NCBI GenBank assembly: GCA_025603075.1
Contig: MU626331.1
Coordinates: forward strand, 1 to 64,000
DNA from: Neoconidiobolus thromboides FSU 785
Taxonomy: Eukaryota > Fungi > Entomophthoromycota
Direction of reading: 5' to 3'
Length of the DNA: 64,000 nt
A program made the position numbers and the translations under genes. Positions 49,597-62,465 of this stretch are shown in pieces. Below the pieces are notes generated by a model that worked only from the letters and a program-made list of their open reading frames with translations, was not told the origin of the DNA and searched no databases. How positions within the stretch are numbered: position 1 is the stretch's first letter; each line of letters starts with the position of its first letter.

Positions 49597-49824
49597 TGTA
49601 TATATGATATATTATAGGTCATGTCACTTTGAACTGTTTTGAAGAGCTTATTTATCTTAAACAAATTCGTTTTTGTTATTAAGATTCACTATAAATATCA
49701 TTAAACTTTTGCTTGAGGGAATAAATTTACCTTTAAATCTTTTACATCTTTATAATATACAGGTTTTTTAAACCTACCTGGCTTTCCCAAAAAAATACTT
49801 GAACAAATATATAAAAATAAGGAA

Positions 49825-49926
49825 CAAAGGAGTGTTTGTTTGGCTTCATTACTTTTTCTATCTTTTAAGCGCTATTTTAGTGGAAGATTTGTTAGTGAAA
49901 TTCTTAAATAAAATGTATTTCCATAT
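49825..49926 (-). mobile_element. MITE family A copy
   Basis: GGCTTCATTACTTTTTCTATCTTTTAAGCGCTATTTTAGTGGAAG...TTCCATAT. Confidence 0.75.
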
Positions 49927-50095
49927 CATATCTATTTTGATAAAATTTTCCAATTATTTAATTTTAAGTAGATATAATAGCTATCACTATAATAAATAAT
50001 AAAACAAGTTACAAATTAAGGTTTATATAAATTTATTTTAATATAGAAAGTCAAAAACGGAGCTAGGGATCAAAGAAGCGTTAAAGTTTACGATT

Positions 50096-51707
50096 CTATA
50101 ATTTAGAAGCCAAAAACTTAGGTGATGGTCTATCTGGAATAATAAAATCTAAAATAGCTTGGGCAATTAATGGATCCTTGGTAATATCATTGTGTCCACC
50201 AAAATTGTTAGCCAAATATTTAAGTTTATCAAATCCAAGGAAATTCAAATGTTTTGCAAAATTTAAGCTATGGCCTGAATGAACTAAAGTATCATTAGTC
50301 GAGTGAATGATCAATGCTTTAGGTAAAGTGGTATAAGGTATCATCTTCAAGTGAGAGCTAGTAACATACTGTGGAGAAACAGATCTTAAATAATTTAATA
50401 ATTTTTCATCGTTTGTAATCAAAGATTGAGAATTGTTGTTGACTTCATTATTTGGAGTTATAGAGTTGGAGTTATTTTGAGGATAATTCCATTGAAGTTT
50501 GGGCTCTTCTTGAGCTTTTGGTGAATATTGTGGTTTTGTATAAACAGATCTTGTGATGCTTGATTGACCGTTTGTATTAGGACCAATAGTCATGGTTCTC
50601 TCGGTAATAGTAACATGAACATCTTTAGGTATAATATAATTATAAAATTGAGTTCCGTGACTGGGCTCTATTCTAATACTTTCAGAGTTGTTCAAATCAG
50701 TTCTATTTTCAGTATTTGAGGAATCTCTTTCCCCATTAATTGGACTTGGTACAATAAGTCTTTCCCCATTAATTGGACCTGGTACAATAAGTCTTTCCCC
50801 ATTAATTGGACTTGGTACAATAAGTCTTTCTGTATTATGAGGGCTTGGTACAATGAGCCTTTCTGTATTATGAGGGCTTGGTACAATAAGCCTTTCTGGG
50901 TTACTTGAAGTATAAGGCGCTGATCCAGAAGTAAATTGCCCAATATCATTTTGGTTTAAGGAAACTTCATATTGAGAAACAAATGATTGATTTGCATTTT
51001 GAGCCTGTATTGAATCGGCGTGAGAGAATTTGGTAATTCCGTTGTGATTAAAATAAACATTCTCCTTCGCAACTTGAGATAAATCAAAAGTTCCAGCTAA
51101 GGAAACTAACCCTTTTATTCTGGATATTAAAGTTGTTTCCTGATCTTTACTGCTTGAAAGCAATGGTAAATATGCGCCAGAGTCCAAAGCTATTATACTA
51201 GCAAGAAGCGCACCAGATGAGTGACCGCCAATGTAAATTTCATTACTTGCAAATATACTATGAGTTAAAATATGTAAATAACCCTTTAAACAGTCTTCAA
51301 TGTGATTTTTGAATTTAATATCACTATGGTTATTTGTGCGATAATTTACCCTAATTACATTAAGCCCCTCATCACTTAAACGTTGAATAAAATTTTCAAA
51401 ATCAACATGACTAGCACTTAAATATGGGAAAGATTCAAACCAAATCAAAACAGGAGCTTTTGAATTGTACTTGCATGGATAAATATAATACTTACATTCT
51501 TCGGATTCTTTTGAGTAAACAACCTCGAAGCCAGAAGAAGGTTTTGATGAGTCACTAAAGAGTTGATTAATTAATAAAGAAAAAAAATATTAAAATAAAT
51601 TACTTTAAAGGTTTTGATTCATAAACATTTACAGCACTATAAGGGCTTGAGGTGATAATATTCCCTCTAGTACTTTCTAAATCAGTCATATGAGTCCCAA
51701 TTACCAT
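50096..51707 (-). CDS. Alpha/beta-hydrolase paralog 3 with a large repeat-containing insertion, PTS1 SKL (2 exons)
   Basis: The reading frame extends upstream of the ORF-track start (YSKESEECKYYIYP aligns with YSSESEKCVYHIHP of paralog 1). Predicted 49-nt GT-AG intron at 51603-51555, start at 51707 or 51689. Motifs GHSSG, NDTLVH, GGHND. WFESFPY replaces HGGGW. Ends LASKL. Confidence 0.8.
50728..50892 (-). repeat. 5 x 33-bp coding tandem repeat ERLIVP(S/G)P(HNT/ING)
   Basis: Units start at 50728, 50761, 50794, 50827 and 50860. Confidence 0.95.
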
Positions 51708-52720
51708 TTCTTTTGAGTTTTGTATAAATTGAGTTGATCTCTAATTGAGTATTTATACTTTTCAAAAAAATTTATTACTTTCTCCCTGAATTTAAATGGT
51801 CCAATAAAACCTATCTCAATAATCCATTAAAGAACCACGTCTACTTCAATTTATTTCCTGGAACTTAATTTGCTGTATAATCACCATTTACATGTAAATT
51901 GTTCTTTATACGAATTTATTCCTATCTAGAAGCTTTATAAAAATAATAGCCAATTACTAACTATGGTAAAGTAAGATGGCAGTATAACCGTTAAATCATT
52001 TTTTTATAAACCATAAACATTAACTCTATTAGTTTATAACATATAAATTAAGCACTATAAAAGAAGAAATTTTTAAATATATCAGTTTTTTTTAGGAATA
52101 TAGATAATAAAAATAATTGTTATAATAATTTTTTTTATTTTGCCGCTTTAAAAGCTTCTATTTAAAATAGCTCTAATTAGTTTGAGCTCTAATAAACTTT
52201 TTGAAATTTTTAAACCCTAAATTAGCTAAAATTATAAGAATATGATATAACAATGAAATAAAATTATATGAGTTCGTGCCGCTTTCTTTATTTTCACTAG
52301 GGTTATCTAAGCTGCTAATCTTTTTTATATCGCTTCACTTTAAGTAGAACATTTAATAAATCTTAATAAAAACTTAATGAATAATGGTGGCTATACTGTT
52401 TATAAAAGTAAGCAATATTAGTTAATTGATTTATTAAAGTTAACAAAATTTAATGGAATTAAAGTCAAAAATATAAAAGTAAATATTAATAAATATTAAA
52501 TAAAAAGCAGCCAAAACCCCATAAAAACGCTATAAGTTAGACCAAAAGCATGCTAAATTACATCTTGATAATAACAAGTTCTTGATAGTAAAGAACCTTC
52601 TTATCAACCCTGTACACATTGCTAAATAAGAAAATAAAATTTTGATAAAATATTTCCAAAATTTACCAAGATAATAAATACTATATTAAATAAATAACAG
52701 AATACGTATCCTATCAATGG

Positions 52721-52794
52721 GCTCGTATGGCGCAATTGGCTAGCGCGTCCGACTGTTAATCGGGAGGTTACTGGTTCGATCCCAGTTATGAGCG
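52721..52794 (+). tRNA. tRNA-Asn(GTT)
   Basis: GCTCGTA TG GCGC AATTGGCTA GCGC G TCCGA CTGTTAA TCGGG AGGTT ACTGG TTCGATC CCAGT TATGAGC G. Confidence 0.95.
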
Positions 52795-54276
52795 TTTTAT
52801 CTTTTAAAGATTTGCTTCTAAATTATATTATCAATTTTTTAGTTAAATACGTGACAAAAAGGTATTTCTATATGCTTTATCATAATAAATAATCGTATAA
52901 TTTTAATAAATTAATTTTTATTTCTTAACTGTAGTTTCAGAACTGAGAAATATACTTTCTAAAGCGCCTAGACTGTATAGTATTGACTTGTTATCAACTG
53001 ACCTAATGTTGATAAATTTTAATTATAGTCAAATCTAGTTAATGTGTTTTGTAAGCAATAATCAACCTCCTACTAGAAATTAGAATACTCCAGTGAAATT
53101 TAAATTTGAACAAATCAAAAACCAGGGCTAGTCAAATTTCTTTACAAATAGCCTTTTGATCAGAAAATTAGAAACTAAACAAATAAGATTGATCAAATTA
53201 TTCGTGTGGACAACAATCTGGTAGAAGATTGAAAACTGATTGAATCATAGTAGCTAAGAAGCATTTGACTTGAAAAGTAAGCTGTCCAAAACCATTAAGT
53301 AGCTAGATGATGGGCTAAATAAGCTAACATTGTATATATCCTTGTTTTTTTTGCAAAAGAAACAAAGTGTTTAGACTTAAACATACATACTTTTTTTTCC
53401 TTAAAATTCCTCTTCATGGAAGCTCTAAATTTGATAGTATTAGTTTAAGCTATTTGAAAACCCAAATATTGGCAATCCTAAACTCACTAGTTTGTAATAA
53501 AATTATGACAATAAATTTATTATATAATTTATGTTTAGTATCTGAATTTTAAAGTTATCCACATTAAAAAGCTTAACAAATTATATAAGATAATAGCTAT
53601 TGCTACTTTATAAGCTTTATTTAAGTCCCAAGGTTTATATAAGTAATATTAGTCTAAAATCAAATAGCTTTTAAATCATTTGATTTTATAATATTAAATT
53701 TACCAATTTAAAACATCTAAATATATAAACATATAAAATAGACCAATAGTTAGCTATTTTATAGTATTAGCTTAAAGTAAATTTTACTATCTATTTTATA
53801 TAAGACAATCACTTTTATTAAAGAACTATTAACAAATATGTAGTAACATTTGATGTTTACTGTAACATATTATTTATAGATGTTTGAGCAACTTATTACA
53901 CTTTTGTTAAAATGAAATCACGATCAGTATAAAATATGATAAATTAATACTAAACTAATACTTTGATTATCAATTATCACTTAACTATCGTTTTATGTTA
54001 AATAGATTATTATTTTTTCATATCCTTAATATTTAATAATTGATACGAATAAATTCCAAAAAAGGAAAATCGGTAAACTCTTAACTTTTATAATGCAACT
54101 TTATTTGCCAACCTTGAACATGCCAAGTTTTAAGAAAAATGTAAAGAACTTCTAATCTAATAAATGAATATTTAGGATAGCACAAATCTGGGCCAAGTAA
54201 TAACATCAAATCCAAATAGTATAAAATGCAATCATAAATACTCTTTTTTTAAAAAACCAAAATCAAAGCTATCAAA

Positions 54277-54789
54277 ATGAATTCTATCATATGTTATCAA
54301 TTCACTAAAGATACCAAAACTAATGTTTATAACTTAAATCCTAAGCTTGACTATGTCAATCAAAAATATCAGTACTCACTCACATTTACTAATAAGAAGA
54401 CTGCCATTGTAGTTGATGGCTTAGGTTTACCTTTAGCAAAAATTGAAAGTTGTGGCCTCTTTAATATAAGCAGATACAAGGTTATTATTGCCATGCCAGA
54501 ATTATGTCTTTCCGATCTTAAGATAAGATTGATAATACCAAGTAAAAGTAAAATGAATGCTTATCGCGCTGAAATTAAGATTAGCTCTCAAAACAGCAAG
54601 CAGGGTGTATCTTATTATTGGACTTATTACAGTGAAGAAGGCTGGTTTTTAAATAGCTCTAAGGATCCCGAATTATCTATTGCTTCCTACAGTTTTAAAA
54701 ATCCAGTTTATACTTTGTTTTGCAATACTTCTAAAGAACTCAATGTTTTATTTTTGACAACTCTCTCCTTCCTTTTATATAGAAACTAG
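54277..54789 (+). CDS. Uncharacterised 170-aa protein, probable tubby-C/LURP-one-like fold; paralog of 47475-47981
   Basis: Shared motifs with the paralog as listed there. TATAAAA lies about 55 bp upstream. Confidence 0.7.
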   Translation: MNSIICYQFTKDTKTNVYNLNPKLDYVNQKYQYSLTFTNKKTAIVVDGLGLPLAKIESCGLFNISRYKVIIAMPELCLSDLKIRLIIPSKSKMNAYRAEIKISSQNSKQGVSYYWTYYSEEGWFLNSSKDPELSIASYSFKNPVYTLFCNTSKELNVLFLTTLSFLLYRN

Positions 54790-55567
54790 TCATAAAATTA
54801 TTGTATATATTTGCTCCTTTATTAACATCCTTTTAACTTAATAAACTCTACTTATTTTAATTTTTATATTATTGCAATTATCATTATTATCTATGAGATA
54901 TGGGGTCTAATAAATACATTATTTTATGCGTTATTTTATTGATAGTAAAATAAGCCGAATTGTTTAGGATATGAACACTGTTCAAGTTATATACATATTA
55001 TATTATAATAAGCTTTAATATTAATTAAGTCAAAATCTTAATTTAATTCTCCGATCTATTCTAGAGTGATAGAAACTTCTTTACTTGACTGCGTGTAACA
55101 ATATGGCAATATTATCTTTATAAGGATCATTATGGTAATATAAAATAACAGGGAAATAGGTTTTTTCATGATTTGCACAATCACACTTACACTAAACTAA
55201 TGATGGATCCTAATATCCTGATTCTTACGCTGTATTCATTACAATTTTAAATTTTGGGAGAAAGCTCACAGATGAAAACTTTATTAGTGAAATAAAGTTA
55301 ATTGAATAACAAGGCTAGCTATCCAAGAGATATAGAGCTTCTAGACCCCTTGCGATTCTTTTCCAGGCGGAGTCTTAGAAAATCTAAAATCCATTTCCCA
55401 GGTGTTACCATTCAATAAACATTAACTGGACCGAAGGAACTGATTATTCATGCGCAAAGGAAAGTCTAGTATAGATTCTATACATAGTCCAGATGATGGA
55501 AGAGCAAGAATAAGCTAAAAAAAAGTATGAATATGTTTGCCATGTTAAAAAAGAGCTTTGTATTAGT

Positions 55568-55665
55568 ATATGGGAATGTTTTTTTTGACTTCATTACTTC
55601 TTCATTTTTCAAACACTATTTGAGTGGAAAAATTAATAAATTTTTTAAAAAAGACATCCCCATAT
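55568..55665 (-). mobile_element. MITE family A copy
   Basis: ATATGGGAATGTTTTTTTT...CACTATTTGAGTGGAAAA...GACATCCCCATAT. Confidence 0.8.
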
Positions 55666-55782
55666 ATGCTTTTATTTAGGAAACAAACCCAAGCTGTTAT
55701 ATAAGTAAATTACTTGTTAATATTTTTTGAGCGTTCATTTAAATGTAAACTAAATATATCATGTATTAATACTTGGGTTTTA

Positions 55783-55877
55783 ATATGAGGATGTTTTTTG
55801 GTTTCATTCTCCATTTTTAAGTACTATTTCAGTGGAAAAATTGTTAGTAAACTTAAACAAAAAATACATCGCCATAT
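55783..55877 (-). mobile_element. MITE family A copy
   Basis: ATATGAGGATGTTTTTTGG...TACTATTTCAGTGGAAAA...TACATCGCCATAT. Confidence 0.8.
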
Positions 55878-57449
55878 AATTTTTTTAGCAGATAAATGAA
55901 AAACTTATTGTATCTATTTTTACAAAATGATATAGATAAAGTAATAATTAAAATAAATATAATTATTATGCTGATAACTGTAAAAGTGAAGCCAACTATC
56001 GTATTGAAGTGTCCTAAGATTATGGGATATATTATATTATGATGCCTATGTATCTGCTGTTAAACTCAATTTAGGTTGTATAAATATTTATCGCATATAT
56101 TTTATATGATCCTTAGTTATATTATCTTTTACAAAAATAAATAAAGTTTAAATATTATAAATAAAAACCAAACAACAAGCATATAGTTTAACAAAATAAT
56201 TATTATATATGTATTAAATAAAAACATATTTATAAAAGTAACGAGACAACTGTTGTTTACAAATTTGAAAACGGTAAAAGATTTAAATTTTTATCTTTTA
56301 CTTTAACTTTTAAATGTGTTAATGAATATAAATAATTAGAGCTTTTTAAAAAGATAATTGGCATCGCCTAAGTAAAATATTATTAATGAAACATAAAAAA
56401 GCTATAAAGTTTTCATTATATAAACCTAGAATTCAAATTCAAAACTACTTTTTAATGATATGGATGTGACTTTTTTTGCTTATGAATTTCATTACGATAT
56501 CTACTTAATGGTGGTCGAAAAGTAGAATAATTAATGAAATTAAAGAAGACATTTCCATATGTATTAAATTACGATAACTTGAGTATAAGATTCATTTCAA
56601 ATAAACAAGCAAGTCTAAAGACGTCTAAAACAATAACATAGTTAAACGAAAAACGTATTTATAGTTTATAAAAACCCAAGGATCAGATAAGTGGATACTA
56701 ATAATATTTTCAAAATGTTTAGCATATTAAGGAAAGTGATTTATTAATGAAAAAAGGTTTAAAAAAACTTGAATGTGAAGTCCAATCAGAAAAAAGCGGA
56801 TAGGTAATATGGCTCAAATATATGGTAAAGTAATAATGATTATAGCTAGAGGCCCCCAAATCAATGGTTAAAAAGCGAATAGCAGTCTGACATATCACTC
56901 CTGGGGCTAAGTGTGACCTAAAAATAGACTTTTTGCTTTGAGTTTTTTTCGGCCTAAATGATTTAAATATAATTCTTTAAAGACTAAAAGTATGCCACTC
57001 TTGTCACAGTCTTTCTAATAACATTCTAACTTGCTTTTTAATAGGCTTTGACTATAAAGGTCTCGAATTTTATAGACCATGCTCTAAGGTTACCTTAATT
57101 TTATCACTAAAATGTTAATCGTAACAACTAAAACATTTAAAGGTATTAACTATTAACTTAAAAAAGGAATTTGTTAATTTGGTAAAACGATCTGGCTTTA
57201 AGTTTAGTATTTTATATTAAAAAAGCAATCAAATAGATTAAAAAGTAAACTGTGATATTTTTGGGGCACTAAATTAAGAATAAACTACAAAACTGGATGG
57301 ATTGCAAAATAACTTATGAATAGATGTTATAAAATGAGTTGATTGGAAATTGTGTCTTAATTCAAAAGTTCAAGGTGGCTATAATAACAATTAGTAATTA
57401 AAAATAAGTCAAGGATTCTTTTTCATTAAAAAAGACAATATTGAACAAC

Positions 57450-59102
57450 ATGAATAAAATAACAAAAGGTGATAAGTTGCCGAACAGATGTGATAATTGT
57501 AGTAGAAAGAACATAGGTTGTGATAGGATGCAACCAAAATGTCGAAATTGTATCAAGAGTAAACTTGAATGTACATTTCAAAGACCCATTAAAAAAATAA
57601 ACAAACTACATTATATGGATAAAAATTTAGTTAAGTTTAGTGTTTCTATAAATAGTCGTATGGTTAAAGATACAAATCCAATATTTAATATATATGATAC
57701 TATACAAAACAAATATGCCTTACATAATATTTTAGTTATGTTGCAATACCCTAGTCCATTTCAGATAAGTAGTAATGTATGCATTGTAATGTCTCTAGTT
57801 AAAAGTATCCAATGCTATAGACCTAAAGCTAATATAGAATTAAATGGGTTAATCACTTTTAAACTAAATGAGCGTTTCAAAATAGATTTATTAAATAGGG
57901 CGTTATCAGAGTTTGAATTATATAATAGGACACAGTTAATGTTATTTCATCCTCGAAACATCAAGTTAAATGAAAGATCTGAGATATTAGTAGATATTAT
58001 TTATTTATTTGGACTAACAAAATTAGAGTGTAACAAAGAAATAATAAATTATTATGAAAACAAAGTAAAAAATCATTATTTAAATTTGATGAATATTCGA
58101 CCAAGTTTGGATAATTTACAAGGTTTTTTAATTGTATTATATGGATTAAGACAATATCGTTGGATAGATAAAATCAATTATTCGCTTGTCGGCTGGATTT
58201 TACGTGTTTCTCAAATTTTAGGACTTCCTTTTAGTAAAAGAAAACACAAGAAATATGTTCAATTAGAAAGACAACTAGCTTATAATTTATTGCATCAATT
58301 ATTAGGAATTTTCAGTATCAATTCTTTCTTTTTTAGTGCAGTTCCATATAAATGTAAAACTCCATGTCTAGATTTATATATCTCTTTTTCAATTCATTTT
58401 GATTCTAATATAATAGGTAATTTATTAATATTTTAATATTTTAATATTCAAAGCTTATAATCATTTATAGCTAATTTAATCTTTAATGACTTCATTTCCG
58501 AATTTAATAATATTTGCTTTTGTTTAAGTCAAATCAAATGTAATATTTATGAGACTAAAGAAGGAATTGAAAGTTTAAAACAAAGCATTTTACGGTTATT
58601 AAAGCGAGAAGATAAAATTCATAATCAATACATTGGTTTATTAAATCAGTATTGTAATAATGAAACTTATTTTACGGCATGTATCAATTTATATCATTAT
58701 TATATATCTTATTTCATTCACTCTATCTTATTCTTTAACGCTACTGATTCTCCTACTTCGACCATGGCCTATAAATTAGAATTATACTGTGGTATTTCAC
58801 AAAGAGAATGGATTATACGAACCCTCGACTTATGTTTACAATGTCTAAAGTGTTTCATCGATTTACCTTTAAACAATAACTCTTTCTTTATTTACGCCTT
58901 TATAAATCAACCCATATTATTTTTATTGAGGTATAAAAGTAAGCTTAATTTATCAAAAGATAACGTTAGACTTTTGAAGTATAACCAAGCATATGAGTTA
59001 TGTAAGCAAAAGTTTTTACAAATTATACAGAGCCCTTTTGATAATGTTTATGCACAATCGAACTTGAGATTAATTGACACAATGCATTCATTAACTTCTT
59101 AA
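57450..59102 (+). CDS. Zn(II)2Cys6 binuclear cluster transcription factor (2 exons)
   Basis: CDNC-x6-C-x6-CRNC-x6-C at the N-terminus; first ATG at 57450. GT-AG intron 58417-58470 joins the 57441 and 58764 ORFs in frame. Confidence 0.85.
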
Positions 59103-59164
59103 TTTGCTAAAATATAACATATATTTATATCAATCTAAATTTACTCTTTATCTATTTTAAATAA

Positions 59165-60060
59165 TTATAATTTAGTTTTATTATTGTTTAAAAAATTGAA
59201 TAATAAGGTAATCAGATTAATATCACGTGGCATATCATTATGGTCCCCAAAATTATCAACAACCATATGTACTTTGTTAAATTTTTGTTCCATTAATTTA
59301 TTAAGGAAATTATAGCCTTGATCATTTGGTAATAGAGTATCAGTATTAGAATGGACAAGTAAAAATTCTTTATCGAAACAATCTAACCCGTTATTTCTGT
59401 TATTAAATTTAATAAATTGTGGTGAATAGTTATCCCATCTATCTTTATCTTTACCAAAACAAAGCTCAATAAAAGCATCCTTATAGCCATCATTATATTT
59501 CACTAATAAACTAATATCAAGTACTGAAGCAAGTAACATTAAACCTTGCACTTTCTTTAATAATTGAACATCATCTTCGTTAATATGTGGGTAATATGTA
59601 AATAAATCTAACATAATCATCGAAATCATAAAGCCACCAGCAGAATGACCAGCCAACCAAACACCTTTATATTTCAAATCCAATTTTAATACATGTAATA
59701 TTCCATTTAATGCATCATTCAAGTGAGTTGGATATCTTACATTATTTTCAAAATCAGTGATACGATATTTTAATAATACGAAGTTAATTCCCAACTTACT
59801 TAATGTTTCTCCCATAAAGAAGAAATTACTACTTTGATCCGTTACCCAGCCACCGCCATGAAGTAAAATAATTAAGGGTTGATTTGGTGCTCCATTGAAT
59901 ATATAATAAGTTTGATCTATTTCATTTCCATACTTTCCATCTGGATTACGTTCAATTCCTCGAGTTAATATACTGTGATTATTTATTTAAATAAAGCTAT
60001 TAAATTTAAATTCAACACTTACTGAGGTTTACTTAATAATCTTTCACTTTTAGCATCCAT
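59165..60060 (-). CDS. Alpha/beta-hydrolase paralog 4, kynurenine formamidase-like with canonical HGGGW; ends TKL (2 exons)
   Basis: ATG at 60060 and a short GT-AG intron near 60022-59975, then KYGNEIDQTYY...LLHGGGW, GHSAG, TDTLLP, GDHND. Confidence 0.85.
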
Positions 60061-60755
60061 TATTTTTTTATTTAATTTAATTTAATTTCTTTCAATTTCT
60101 TTCAATTTTTTATATCCCTTTTTTATATATTAGTTCTTTTCTGGTTTTCGAATTTGAACCTATCAACTTTGGTTTCTTGCTTTGCCTTTTTTGGTTCTTA
60201 AAATCCCTAACCCTTACAAATTATTTACATACTATTTATGTTATTATAAATAAATAGTAATAATAAAAGTTTAGAAGTTATTGTATATATTTGTATCTTT
60301 TTCAGCCATTTATTACAAATCGTATTGTATTTGTTTTTAAAAATCAAGTTACATGAACATGCTACCAATTTTACAATATATAATCAAAGAGTCAATAGTT
60401 AAGTTCTAATTAAATAAAGTAAACATTATTTAAATAGCTTTAATTAATTCATAAAGTACAAATGAAAATATAACCCAAACCCACTTTAAAAAAATTCTTC
60501 AAAATCTCGAACAAGCCATTGACTCTCGAGTATATTATTTGATAGTAAACTGTGGAAGTAGGGAGTGGGAGTTGAAGCTAAAGAGAAAGAGCTTGTGAAG
60601 TTCGAAAAAAGAGGTGAAGTAAAAAGATAATCATGAGGTTAAGAGTTTTATTTTTACTTTAATCTTTATATAGATTATTTTATAGTAGAAATTCTAACGT
60701 TTTTCCCTTCTAAACAGTTTATTTATCTTGGAATAAAGTTGAAAAGGTTAAAAAA

Positions 60756-60829
60756 TGTTTCCGTCCAGATTCGAACTGGAGACCTTCTGTGTGTTAGACA
60801 GATGTGATAACCAACTACACCACGGAAAC
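60756..60829 (-). tRNA. tRNA-Val(AAC)
   Basis: GTTTCCG TG GTGT AGTTGGTTAT CAC A TCTGT CTAACAC ACAGA AGGTC TCCAG TTCGAAT CTGGA CGGAAAC A. Confidence 0.95.
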
Positions 60830-61171
60830 ATGAAGATTGATATAATAATAGTAAAACAACTATATTTATATTGCACGATTATAATTAGAAGAGTTAGTGT
60901 TTAATAAACCTTTGACGCTCAACTTTTTTGGTAGGATCCCATTTAGGTATCTAGTTAGTTTTTATAATTAAAATAAGCAGACATCTCTATCTATATAGGA
61001 GACTACTATTTGTTTTTGATTTCAAAAGCTGCTACATAAAGTAAATAAGTATTTAAATGGGAATTTTATGAAATTGTAATTAATAGCCTTTCCAAAACTC
61101 AAATTAAATAAAATGAATTGATTCATAATTTTATTGAATGTTGTAATTTTATAACAGTCAAGGCAGCAAGC

Positions 61172-62465
61172 CTATAAACTTTTCATGAAATTTGATATCA
61201 TGGTATTTTCAGAATCAGCTGTAAAACGAGAAGCTTCTGGATCATTATTAGTCATAGAAACCGTAGAAGATTGTTCTTCATAATCAAGATCAACTATAAA
61301 AAGATCATTAATCAATAGAATAAATAATAATAATATAAATTACTATCTTTTTTAATTCTTTTACTAATAAAATATTTATACTTTAATTTCAAATAAATCT
61401 TTTTAATTGCTGAATGAACTGTTGGATCACAACAAAAAGCAATAAAATTTAATGTACCAGCAAATGGTAATACTATTAATGACCATTGATCTAAAGCTAG
61501 ATTTTCGCCCTTATTAAGATCATAATAATATTGAGAAATAATACCAGGAAATTGAGTAAATACCATAACCAGAGGATATAATAAACTAAACTAAAAGTAA
61601 GTAAGTGATGAATAGAAAATCATATTAAATGTACATTCTATAAGCTAATGTTTTAACACTATTTTCTGCTCTTTTAGAAGCTTCAGTGCCTCGAAAATAT
61701 TTATATTTCTTAATTAAACAGGCATTTTGATTTAATCGTAAAATTACAATAATTACAATAACAATTAAATAAATCATACATATCGATCTCCATATTTGAT
61801 TAGCAAATAAATCTAGCATCTTGCCATTAAACTCCCCACTTTCGTTATCTGCAATATAACATCCATAATAATCACTATACCCTAATTGTCCCAAAGCTAT
61901 ACAATTATTAATATGACTAAAAAAGTACTACAAAAATAAATTACCTAATGGTGGAATTGAAAGAATCAATGAAAGTGTTAATGGAATTAACCAATACATA
62001 GCTTCCATTTTTTTAGTAATTATTTGATTATTTAAAAATACTAATTGAAGATTGATAGCAATTGAGACATTCAAAAAAGCATAGAATACATTGAAAAATA
62101 AAGCTAAATAACCACGAGTTGTACAAGAGGCATTTGCTCCAGCTGGTGATATTGATCGCCATATTGCTCCGCCATGTAGCCATACATCATATACTGATAG
62201 CCCAGTTTGTAATCTTAAAGATACTCGATCTACTAATCGTCGATTATAAAGGGCTATTTGAGTATTAGATTAATATTATAATAAATTATGTGTTAAATAG
62301 TAAATAGTAAATAGTAAATAACAAATAATAATTAAATGATAATTAAAACTTACATAAGATTACCATAAATAAAATGACCAAAAAAGCTAATGCTAGAGAA
62401 ATTTTAGATACTGTTGGATAATATTTAGTAGCTAGAAAGATGGCAAATGAACTTGGTTGATCCAT
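61172..62465 (-). CDS. 7TM G-protein-coupled receptor-like protein (Git3/cAMP-receptor-like), about 5 exons
   Basis: Spliced reading: TM1, RRLVDRVSLRL, Cys before TM3, extracellular GC motif, basic loop, YPLV.VFTQFPG, GTLNFIAFCCDP (NPxxY-like TM7) and an acidic tail exon ending KSL*. Confidence 0.75.

Noticed and set aside
55250-57100. GC-richer patches (55250-55500, 56750-57000) suggestive of decayed transposase or integrase
   Set aside because: No frame gives a convincing DDE or zinc-binding motif, and there are many stops.
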